Positions 1 through 6,844 of a stretch of DNA of 40,000 nucleotides are shown here, piece by piece. The DNA lies in assembly GCF_013782625.1 (NCBI RefSeq), contig NZ_CP056199.1, positions 288,588 through 328,587 on the forward strand, given 5' to 3'. Source of the stretch: Enterobacter sp. RHBSTW-00994. Its GTDB lineage: Bacteria > Pseudomonadota > Gammaproteobacteria > Enterobacterales > Enterobacteriaceae. How positions within the stretch are numbered: the first letter of the stretch is position 1; each line of letters starts with the position of its first letter. The notes under the pieces were generated by a model. The model was given only the letters and a program-made list of their open reading frames with translations. It did not search any database and was not told where the DNA came from. A program made the translations under genes and the position numbers.

Positions 1-293
1 GTAATACCCGGCTGGGTGTGGTCGCAATGGGGTATGGTGACGGATATCCGCGCGCTGCGCCATCCGGCACGCCAGTGCTGGTCAATGGTCGTGAAGTGAC
101 GATCGTGGGCCGCGTGGCGATGGACATGATTTGCGTCGATCTGGGCCCAGACGCCCAAGATAAAGCCGGTGATGCCGTGGTGATGTGGGGTGAAGGCTTA
201 CCCGTTGAACGCATTGCTGAAATGACAAAAGTAAGTGCTTACGAACTTATTACGCGCCTGACCTCACGGGTCGCAATGAAGTACGTTGATTAA
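1..293 (+). CDS. alr: alanine racemase, 3' end (gene continues off the left edge)
   Basis: The frame is open from the window edge to TAA at 291-293. The C-terminus ...[26 protein letters not shown]...[16 protein letters not shown] matches the E. coli Alr C-terminus as I remember it. The alr-tyrB-aphA-uvrA-ssb synteny supports the call. Confidence 0.9.
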   Translation, partial: NTRLGVVAMGYGDGYPRAAPSGTPVLVNGREVTIVGRVAMDMICVDLGPDAQDKAGDAVVMWGEGLPVERIAEMTKVSAYELITRLTSRVAMKYVD

Positions 294-309
294 GCTGGCT
301 TGAGTCAAT

Positions 310-340
310 GCATCCAACAGACGTGATGGCTGTTGGATGC
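310..340. terminator. stem-loop between convergent alr and the hydrolase gene
   Basis: gcatccaacag (310-320) pairs with ctgttggatgc (330-340), an 11-bp perfect stem with a 9-nt loop. A T5 run lies about 10 nt downstream. Confidence 0.5.
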
Positions 341-352
341 TATGCCGACTTT

Positions 353-1486
353 TTATGGTTTCAGCACATCATAAATAGCCTGATGGGTTAAATAGTCCGA
401 GGCCAGTCCTGATTCCGGTATGAAAGTATTTCCCCGCAGAGTCGAGAAAGGCACGCCGGTGCTGCCTGAAGAGACATAGCGTTCACCTTTATCATTCTCG
501 GAAACGGTATAGACGCTCTTTTGCATTTGCATAAACAGCGCGGCTTTGCGTTGGATCGACTGGTGCAACTCCAGCAGTTGTACGCCATCCAGACTGAGTT
601 TTTTATCCATATTCACTCCCCATCTTTGCAGGCAAACTTCTGCAAAATGACGCACGATCATCCCCGGTTCGTGCAGGAGCTTCTCGCCTTTGTCTCCGTT
701 TGCAGATGCATTTCCGACGAGTGTGGCGTGTCGCCCTGCCATAGGGTAAATATGCACCTGGGTCACTTTGTCTGTTTTCGGAATAACGCAGGAGAAACCT
801 TTTGAGCGCTCATCTTTAGCATAGAATGCAACATATTCTCTGACGTTACTGCCTAAGGTCACTTTCTCTGTCTGAAAATTACCTGTTCCCGGAACCGGAT
901 CAACTGCAAAAATATTGACCGGGATGGTGGTCAGAACAGGATCGGCAAGCATGGCATTGGCGAGCATGTGGCAGCTAATGCCACCCCGACTCCATCCCAC
1001 TAAGTTGACCTGTGTTGGCAGAATCTGTCCTTTTCGGAAGGTTTTAATAATCTGCTGCTGAAGTTCCTGTTGGGTGACTTTTCGATCGCCATAATCATAT
1101 TTTCGCCACCAGAAGGAACCTGTTACTTCAACATCTTCAATGGGAATACCTGCTTTTTTCAACTGAGCGTAATTTTCTTTGGTCAGTTTTTCACGCTGCC
1201 AGTCAATATGTCCTTTCATAATATTGAGAGCATGCTGAACATTCTCTTTCCAGCCACTTCCAAGGAGTTGCCCTCGCAGTTGAGAGTAATCACCACTTTT
1301 AACCCATAACTCGTCGCTTTGCAGGTTACCACTTCCTGGACCATCAAGAATAACCCATTCCGCAAACTCTTTTCCTTTGTTATTCGCCGCCAGCATTGAA
1401 ATCAATTCGCCATTCCAATAATTATCATGTGAATCATCAAATTTATTAGAGCCTGTACCACAGAAATACACTGTTAATGTTGTCAT
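353..1486 (-). CDS. alpha/beta-hydrolase, DUF2235 / T6SS Tle1-like lipase family (orphan)
   Basis: The N-terminal LTVYFCGTGSN resembles the DUF2235 'FDGTxN' motif. The nucleophile elbow G-W-S-R-G (LVGWSRGG) resembles 'GFSRGA'. A later VDPVPGTG Asp and AGRHATLVG His fit a Ser-Asp-His triad. I prefer the second ATG (1486) because GAGG lies 6 nt upstream. There is no signal peptide. Confidence 0.55.
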   Translation of the reverse strand: MTTLTVYFCGTGSNKFDDSHDNYWNGELISMLAANNKGKEFAEWVILDGPGSGNLQSDELWVKSGDYSQLRGQLLGSGWKENVQHALNIMKGHIDWQREKLTKENYAQLKKAGIPIEDVEVTGSFWWRKYDYGDRKVTQQELQQQIIKTFRKGQILPTQVNLVGWSRGGISCHMLANAMLADPVLTTIPVNIFAVDPVPGTGNFQTEKVTLGSNVREYVAFYAKDERSKGFSCVIPKTDKVTQVHIYPMAGRHATLVGNASANGDKGEKLLHEPGMIVRHFAEVCLQRWGVNMDKKLSLDGVQLLELHQSIQRKAALFMQMQKSVYTVSENDKGERYVSSGSTGVPFSTLRGNTFIPESGLASDYLTHQAIYDVLKP

Positions 1487-1790
1487 AGCAAACCTCATTT
1501 AAATATTAATATGTAAAGGGAAGGCACATGTGCGTTTGAATAATAAGCATGAAAAACGCATGATAAAATAGACCGATAAGCCTAGGTTATTGTTCGTATG
1601 ATCAATGACTGTATATAGTTAATTAGAGCTATATTTTTTGTTAAGTGCAGCTTAAATATTTAAACAGGAATATGACAATTGCCTTATGCCAAATGCAGTT
1701 TTTAAAGTTTGAAAATACCACCCATACTCATTTCGGAAAAGGTTGATTGAATAATCTAAGGAAGACGAAATTACATGAGGTCAAATCGCA

Positions 1791-2396
1791 ATGAATATAT
1801 TGATGATCGATGAATTACCGATCTACATTCACGGTATGAAGACTGAACTGAAGAGAGTGATGCCGGAGTGTACCGTGTTTGCTACAAACAGCATTGAAGA
1901 TGCACAATCAATTTTGTCATCAAGGCAAATCAGTATTGTTTTGTTGGATGGAGAAATAAAATGCAGTGATTTTATAAATATACTGACGTCGGAGCGGCCA
2001 GCATTGCCCATTGTGGTTATGTTGAGAAAAACGACGGAGAGAATATTTAATTTTTATATTAGGCAGAATGTAAAAGGTATCTTCACCAAAGATCTCTCTG
2101 TGGAGAAGATCAGCCAAATATTGACGATGGTGGCATCTGGTGTGGTCTGTTTTCCTGAGCAGGCAGTCGTACACCGTGAGCAACCCACCTTTGCTGCCCC
2201 CATTCACTCACTAAGCCAGCGTCAGCAAGAGGTGTTGCATCTTCTGGCGAATGGAGGGACTAATAAGCAAATCAGTCGGCAGTTGAATATCAGCGCGGGG
2301 ACGGTAAAGGTTCATCTTGAATCTATTTTTCACCGTCTCCAGGTTAACAACCGCACACAAGCCGCGATGATCTATTTTAAATATATTGCTAATTAG
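1791..2396 (+). CDS. NarL/FixJ (LuxR-type HTH) response-regulator-like protein, atypical receiver, no partner kinase
   Basis: The C-terminal LSQRQQEVLHLLANGGTNKQISRQLNISAGTVKVHLESIFHRLQV is a LuxR/GerE HTH. The N-terminal receiver-like fold keeps Asp in VLLDGE and Lys in GIFTK, but the acidic pair is DE and the conserved Thr/Ser position reads MLR. No histidine kinase gene is in the window. Confidence 0.75.
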   Translation: MNILMIDELPIYIHGMKTELKRVMPECTVFATNSIEDAQSILSSRQISIVLLDGEIKCSDFINILTSERPALPIVVMLRKTTERIFNFYIRQNVKGIFTKDLSVEKISQILTMVASGVVCFPEQAVVHREQPTFAAPIHSLSQRQQEVLHLLANGGTNKQISRQLNISAGTVKVHLESIFHRLQVNNRTQAAMIYFKYIAN

Positions 2397-2442
2397 ATAT
2401 TGTTTACGAAATTTTATTATGGCGTCGCAGTACGCATTAATT

Positions 2443-2474
2443 AAAGCGCAACAAGCAGTATTGTGTTGCGCTTT
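2443..2474. terminator. bidirectional terminator between the convergent LuxR gene and the membrane-protein gene
   Basis: aaagcgcaaca (2443-2453) pairs with tgttgcgcttt (2464-2474), an 11-bp perfect stem with a 10-nt loop. A/T runs lie on both sides. Confidence 0.7.
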
Positions 2475-2481
2475 AAACATG

Positions 2482-2772
2482 CTATTTATATTTTGCTTGA
2501 AAGTAATAAATCACAACAACCAGCGTTCCAAAATCCTGCAGTAGCCAGAAAGGAAAACTGTCACTCAGAATATCAGCCCCCGTTAAAATGAATTTTATGT
2601 TCAAACTGCTTTCACCAAAAAAACCAAACGCCAGTGCGGCTATGCCGACTTTACTCATTACGGGTAAAGCATGAACTCTACGACTATACGCTGCAAAGAG
2701 GATAAGAAATGATGTGGTAAGATCGACAGCAATAATAAAATACAGAAGCCAACCATTCATGATGTTAGGCAT
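2482..2772 (-). CDS. small 3-TM inner-membrane protein (possible second holin, antiholin or immunity component)
   Basis: The 96-aa protein has three hydrophobic segments (about 7-28, 41-60, 72-92). Its ATG lies 1 nt after the stop of the upstream holin-like gene. I recognise no homolog. Confidence 0.5.
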   Translation of the reverse strand: MPNIMNGWLLYFIIAVDLTTSFLILFAAYSRRVHALPVMSKVGIAALAFGFFGESSLNIKFILTGADILSDSFPFWLLQDFGTLVVVIYYFQAKYK

Positions 2773-2773
2773 G

Positions 2774-3181
2774 CTACTCTCCGTCTATTTTATTGTCATT
2801 TAACTGTGGCGAAGGGATAGACTCATTTCTGACTTTTCTTCTAATGACGCTGGCAACATCGAAAATATCGCGTTGTTCATTGCGTCGAAAGAAATTGGCC
2901 AGCCAGACAATCAAACCGTTGCTGAGTGCGCCCAATATATATCCCAGTCCTAGGGTAATATCGGCCTGATTGAGATCGATTTTTAGCCAGCGGGCAGATA
3001 GCCCTCCAAGGGCTACTGCTGCTCCCATACTGATACCACCAAATATAATGCCAGCCATAAACCGGCTATGCTGGTGTAATCGTTGAGGCTGCCAGAAAAA
3101 AGAGATACTCACACCACCAAATAAACCTGAAAAAGCCAGTAATGCTTCACTTATCAGTGTCGGAAGATAGATAGCAGACAT
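2774..3181 (-). CDS. holin-like membrane protein (3 TM plus highly charged C-terminal tail)
   Basis: The 135-aa protein has three Gly-rich TM segments (about 5-29, 40-62, 75-96). A charged tail FFRRNEQRDIFDVASVIRRKVRNES... follows them. This is the architecture of class I holins. The call rests on architecture and the lysozyme neighbourhood, not on homology. Confidence 0.45.
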   Translation of the reverse strand: MSAIYLPTLISEALLAFSGLFGGVSISFFWQPQRLHQHSRFMAGIIFGGISMGAAVALGGLSARWLKIDLNQADITLGLGYILGALSNGLIVWLANFFRRNEQRDIFDVASVIRRKVRNESIPSPQLNDNKIDGE

Positions 3182-3202
3182 GAAATTATCCTCAGCAAGA
3201 AT

Positions 3203-3231
3203 AAAGTCCCCTTAACTAAGAAGGGGACTTT
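3203..3231 (-). terminator. intra-cluster hairpin (possible attenuator or partial terminator) between the barnase-like and holin-like genes
   Basis: aaagtcccctt (3203-3213) pairs with aaggggacttt (3221-3231), an 11-bp perfect stem with a 7-nt loop. On the transcribed (minus) strand it is followed by attcttgc, which is only a weak U-tract. Confidence 0.45.
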
Positions 3232-3251
3232 ATCACCGTTACATAGACTCG

Positions 3252-3734
3252 TTATTGGCAAGGCGCTAACTCAACCAGGTGTTGATAATTATCGGTAGTG
3301 ATATACCGCTGCTGCCCAGAAAAACTATAAATCACGTGCTTAGGGCTGCGATGGCCTTTGGCAACATCAATATCTGCGCTCAGCCAGGTCTGAGGTGTAG
3401 GCAGAGATGGATGGCTATAACGATCGCCGCCAATCCACTTTTTATTGGTCGGTTTTAACCCCCAAAGTGACTCTGAATCTTTACCAGACCAGCCAAGCCT
3501 TTTGGCTTCTTCCGTCGTGATATAGCGATCCGGCAAGCGGCCAAAATTTTTAATCGTGCGAAGTGTAGTGGCAAGATCCGTGATGTCATTAACGGGAACT
3601 GCGCCTTGCCCGGTTAAAAAAGTATTCGTTTCCTTAATTTCTTCTTCGCAGGTTTTGAGTGCCGCATGGACTTGCAGCGTGGCGGACAGAGTGATGAGTG
3701 CGAGAGCCATCTTCAGTGAAAACATTGTGTTCAT
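3252..3734 (-). CDS. secreted barnase-fold (microbial RNase N1/T1/barnase family) protein with substituted catalytic residues
   Basis: The N-terminus is a signal peptide (MNTMFSLKMALALITLSATLQVHA/AL). The mature part aligns with barnase as I remember it: LPDRYITTEEAKRLGW vs LPDNYITKSEAQALGW; IGGD vs IGGD; TWLSADID vs TWREADIN; GHRSPKHVIYS vs GFRNSDRILYS; ITTDNYQ vs KTTDHYQ. A GAGGAAA SD lies upstream. Confidence 0.7.
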   Translation of the reverse strand: MNTMFSLKMALALITLSATLQVHAALKTCEEEIKETNTFLTGQGAVPVNDITDLATTLRTIKNFGRLPDRYITTEEAKRLGWSGKDSESLWGLKPTNKKWIGGDRYSHPSLPTPQTWLSADIDVAKGHRSPKHVIYSFSGQQRYITTDNYQHLVELAPCQ

Positions 3735-3750
3735 CGGAGTTTCCTCTCAC

Positions 3751-4203
3751 TTAGCTAAGAAATAATTTCATTTCGGCTTCACGGCGTCTTGTGAGTCCCG
3801 CCAGCACTTTACCGCCTGCTTTATTCCAGCTTTTGAATTGCAATGCCGCGCCTTCCATATCGCCGGAATTAAATTTCTTTAAGAGTGTCGATTTTTTTAA
3901 GTTCCCGACCCCCAGGTTGAACGCAAATGAGATCAATGCATCGAACTGGTTCTGCGTTGCAGAATGCGTCAGGAGTCTTTTCACCCCATCTTCCGTGCGC
4001 TTCAGGTCGTTCCGCAGGATGCTTTTGGCTTCTCCGGTGGTGATTTTTGTCAGTTTTTCCATCTCCTCTTTTAAAATCAAATGACCGTAACCAATGGTCC
4101 ATAAACCTACGGCATCGCGATAACGTTCCAGCTTGAGTCCTTCAAACTGGCAAATAAGCTGCACACCTTTTTCGCCTGTACTTCCAGGTTGTTTTTGCAT
4201 CAT
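3751..4203 (-). CDS. glycoside hydrolase family 24 lysozyme (phage-type endolysin), cytoplasmic form
   Basis: LICQFEGLKLERYRDAVGLWTIGYGH carries the T4/P22-type Glu...Asp...Thr catalytic context. NQFDALISFAFNLG and KAGGKVLAGLTRRREAE are typical GH24 blocks. There is no signal peptide or SAR helix. The start overlaps the upstream stop (ATGA at 4200-4203). Confidence 0.85.
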   Translation of the reverse strand: MMQKQPGSTGEKGVQLICQFEGLKLERYRDAVGLWTIGYGHLILKEEMEKLTKITTGEAKSILRNDLKRTEDGVKRLLTHSATQNQFDALISFAFNLGVGNLKKSTLLKKFNSGDMEGAALQFKSWNKAGGKVLAGLTRRREAEMKLFLS

Positions 4204-4805
4204 CGAGTCTCCTCTGCTTTTGGACGGGGGATCACTTTATTGGTGTATTCGTCTATCAAACGCATCACGCTCTCAGGTGGCTCCAGAGCGGTGAATTGCA
4301 TTTCCACATCGACATGCCTGCTGTCACGGCCCCCTTTGTTATCGCTGGCTGGCGAGAGGCTGACATGAAAGCGGCCAAATTCGTTTTCTCCCGATTGCCG
4401 GGAGGGCGCCTGCATACCTTCTGTACGTATCGTCAGGTTCACTTTCATCTTTTCCAGCATCAGTCCGCGTGGAGTAGACAGGGCGACTAAAGGCAGATCG
4501 AAATAGTGGTTTTCATCCAGAGCCAGTTGTACGGTACGCGGTATCAGTGAACCGTCATCTGCAGGTTCGAAGAAAGGATCCAGCGCTTTCATATATTGCT
4601 GAGCAATTAACTCGTTCGCAGCCGTTGCCGCGTACTGCATTCCACGCGTAATGTCCTCAAGCGTGACCGGCAGGCCGGGAATATCTGCTGGAGGCGACGG
4701 TGGATTATTTCCCTGTACCGGAGGCGATGTTCCTGCAGCCTCTTTCTCCGTCTTGTTTTCCGGTTCTTCATCCTTGTCGCCGCGTAGCCATTTTTTAAAA
4801 GACAT
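4200..4805 (-). CDS. unknown protein B, paralog of protein A (possibly DUF2589-like)
   Basis: I chose the start at the MSFKKW ATG (4805) because AGGAG lies 7 nt upstream. The first ~45 aa are acidic and Pro-rich and look disordered. The protein shares with protein A the blocks (I/L)PL(L/V)A(A/L)..P and (D/E)PPE(A/S).(Q/M)R(V/L)ID(Y/E)(L/Y)TN. Confidence 0.6.
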   Translation of the reverse strand: MSFKKWLRGDKDEEPENKTEKEAAGTSPPVQGNNPPSPPADIPGLPVTLEDITRGMQYAATAANELIAQQYMKALDPFFEPADDGSLIPRTVQLALDENHYFDLPLVALSTPRGLMLEKMKVNLTIRTEGMQAPSRQSGENEFGRFHVSLSPASDNKGGRDSRHVDVEMQFTALEPPESVMRLIDEYTNKVIPRPKAEETR

Positions 4806-4880
4806 AATTCGCTCCTGAAAGGAGGCCACCGGTGGCGGCCCCTGTGTGACGGAATAGCAATACACTCACGGCGCGAAGCG

Positions 4881-5438
4881 TTACTGCGCAGCGACAGGCT
4901 TGGTTTTGGCGTTGGTTAAGTAATCGATAACGCGTTGCAGGGCTTCAGGGGGGTCCTGGCGCTTAATCTGCGTATGGATGGAGTATTTGGCGCGTGTATC
5001 AGTCGAACGGGTTTGCTCGGATTTATGTGAGACTTTGCCGGTCATTTTGGCTTTGAAAATCCCCCAGCCAATGGAGGCTTCCACGGACGCTTCGGTGTCG
5101 GTACTGCTTGAGCTGGCCTCGCTCTGGCTCACCTCCAGCTCGAAGTCGATCGTACCCTCTTCGATGCAAATAATCGGATGAGCAATGGCAGCCAGCAGCG
5201 GAATGCTCATTTTGCGGGTGACGCTGCCTTTGCTTACCCCTTGCTCATCCACCAACGTTTCGTCGTAATCAAACTCGATTGCAACAGCTTTTCCGTCCTT
5301 GATACAAACGGAAAGCAGGAAATCGGTATAGGATTTGCTGGCCTGTACCTGAGCTTTGATCATGGCCTGCAGTGGGCCGCCAATCATATGTTCAAGTGGA
5401 AGGGCGTTGATAACTGAACCAATAAATTGTGAATCCAT
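4881..5438 (-). CDS. unknown protein A (possibly DUF2589-like), first gene of the minus-strand cluster
   Basis: A strong AAGGAG SD lies 8 nt upstream. The N-terminal LPLEHMIGGPLQAMIKAQVQASKSYTDFL resembles what I recall of the DUF2589 family, which is unverified. The centre holds a Ser/Thr/Glu-rich stretch (SQSEASSSSTDTEASVEAS). It is followed by an amphipathic segment, IGWGIFKAKMTGKVS. Confidence 0.6.
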   Translation of the reverse strand: MDSQFIGSVINALPLEHMIGGPLQAMIKAQVQASKSYTDFLLSVCIKDGKAVAIEFDYDETLVDEQGVSKGSVTRKMSIPLLAAIAHPIICIEEGTIDFELEVSQSEASSSSTDTEASVEASIGWGIFKAKMTGKVSHKSEQTRSTDTRAKYSIHTQIKRQDPPEALQRVIDYLTNAKTKPVAAQ

Positions 5439-5645
5439 AATGTGAACTCCTTGAATCAGTGAATGCGCGGTTGCGCAGGAGTCACATTACGGCACTGAAA
5501 ATGTGCGGGGTATTTGGCAAATATCCCATCTGGTAGACACAAAGAACCTATGTCATCTGCGGGATAGGGGGGAAAGAGTGGTGTTACGTCATATTCCGGT
5601 TTATTGTTGAAATCCCTGCCTCATCGATTTCCGGAGAACCATCGC

Positions 5646-6839
5646 GTGTTTCAAAAAGTTGACGCCTATGCCGGCGACCCCATTCTCTCCTTAATGGAGC
5701 GTTTCAAAGAAGACCCTCGTAGCGACAAAGTGAATCTCAGCATTGGCCTTTATTACAATGAAGAGGGCATTATTCCTCAGTTGCAGGTCGTGGCCGAAGC
5801 GGAAGCGCGTCTGAATGCCGTTCCGCATGGTGCATCGCTCTATTTACCGATGGAAGGGCTGAATACCTATCGCCACACCGTTGCGCCACTGCTGTTTGGG
5901 GCCGATCATCCGGTGCTGCAGAAAAAACGGGTGGCGACTATTCAGACGCTGGGTGGATCGGGCGCGTTGAAAGTGGGTGCAGACTTTTTGAAGAAATACT
6001 TCCCGGATTCCGGTGTGTGGGTCAGCGATCCAACGTGGGAAAACCACGTCGCCATCTTTGAAGGTGCGGGTTTTGTTGTAGGGACTTATCCATGGTTCGA
6101 CACCGAAACCAACGGTGTTCGCGCAGATGCACTGCTGGAAAAACTGAATACGTTACCGGAGCACAGTATCGTCCTGCTGCATCCGTGCTGCCATAACCCG
6201 ACTGGTGCTGATCTGACTCATACCCAGTGGGATGCCGTCATTGAAGTGCTGAAGGCGCGCAACCTAATCCCATTCCTCGACATCGCCTATCAGGGCTTTG
6301 GTGCAGGCATGGAAGACGACGCTTATGCCATTCGCGCGATTGCCCGCGCCGGGCTGCCTGCCCTGGTCAGCAACTCATTCTCCAAGATTTTCTCCCTGTA
6401 CGGTGAGCGAGTGGGTGGCCTGTCTGTGGTATGTGAAGATGAAGAGGCTGCCGGGCGCGTACTGGGCCAGCTCAAAGCTACAGTACGTCGCATCTACTCC
6501 AGCCCGCCAGCGTTTGGTGCGCAGGTTGTCGCGACGGTGCTGGGTGATGAGCCGCTTAAAGCTCGCTGGCTTGCGGAAGTGGAAACCATGCGTAAGCGGA
6601 TCCTGGCGATGCGTCAAACGCTGGTTGATGTGCTGAAAGACGCTGCGCCAGAACATAATTTTGACTATCTGCTTAAGCAGCGCGGCATGTTCAGCTATAC
6701 CGGTTTCAGCCCGGCGCAGGTTGATCGTCTGCGGGACGAGTTTGGCGTTTACCTGATTGCCAGCGGCCGAATGTGCGTGGCAGGGCTTAACGTAAACAAT
6801 GTTCAGCGTGTGGCAAAGGCCTTTGCTGCCGTGATGTAA
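5646..6839 (+). CDS. tyrB: aromatic-amino-acid aminotransferase
   Basis: A GTG start at 5646 gives [14 protein letters not shown]..., equivalent to the E. coli TyrB N-terminus, with GGAGAA upstream. The PLP-lysine block is [17 protein letters not shown] and the C-terminus is ...[13 protein letters not shown]. The longer TTG-initiated ORF (5604) is probably an artefact. Confidence 0.93.
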   Translation: MFQKVDAYAGDPILSLMERFKEDPRSDKVNLSIGLYYNEEGIIPQLQVVAEAEARLNAVPHGASLYLPMEGLNTYRHTVAPLLFGADHPVLQKKRVATIQTLGGSGALKVGADFLKKYFPDSGVWVSDPTWENHVAIFEGAGFVVGTYPWFDTETNGVRADALLEKLNTLPEHSIVLLHPCCHNPTGADLTHTQWDAVIEVLKARNLIPFLDIAYQGFGAGMEDDAYAIRAIARAGLPALVSNSFSKIFSLYGERVGGLSVVCEDEEAAGRVLGQLKATVRRIYSSPPAFGAQVVATVLGDEPLKARWLAEVETMRKRILAMRQTLVDVLKDAAPEHNFDYLLKQRGMFSYTGFSPAQVDRLRDEFGVYLIASGRMCVAGLNVNNVQRVAKAFAAVM

Positions 6840-6844
6840 GCACT

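Noticed and set aside
353-1486. Calling the DUF2235 gene a T6SS effector-immunity locus.
   Set aside because: No vgrG, hcp, PAAR, adaptor or immunity lipoprotein gene is adjacent. I kept only the family-level call.
4825-4836. 12-bp perfect palindrome GCCACCGGTGGC in the spacer between unknown proteins A and B, as a regulatory hairpin.
   Set aside because: With no loop it can form only a very short stem. It may be a restriction-type palindrome by chance. It is noted but not called.
353-5438. Interpretation of the alr-tyrB islet as a cryptic prophage lysis module.
   Set aside because: It is not supported by the window. There is no integrase, repressor, terminase, capsid or tail gene, no att-like repeats that I could find and no spanin pair. 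The gene order is non-phage-like, and non-phage genes (lipase, LuxR, barnase-like) are interleaved. A highly eroded phage origin for the lysozyme and holin-like genes themselves remains possible.
5483-5505. Palindromic CACAT-N13-ATGTG upstream of tyrB as a TyrR box.
   Set aside because: It does not fit TGTAAA-N6-TTTACA in spacing or sequence, so I cannot support a TyrR site from the sequence alone.
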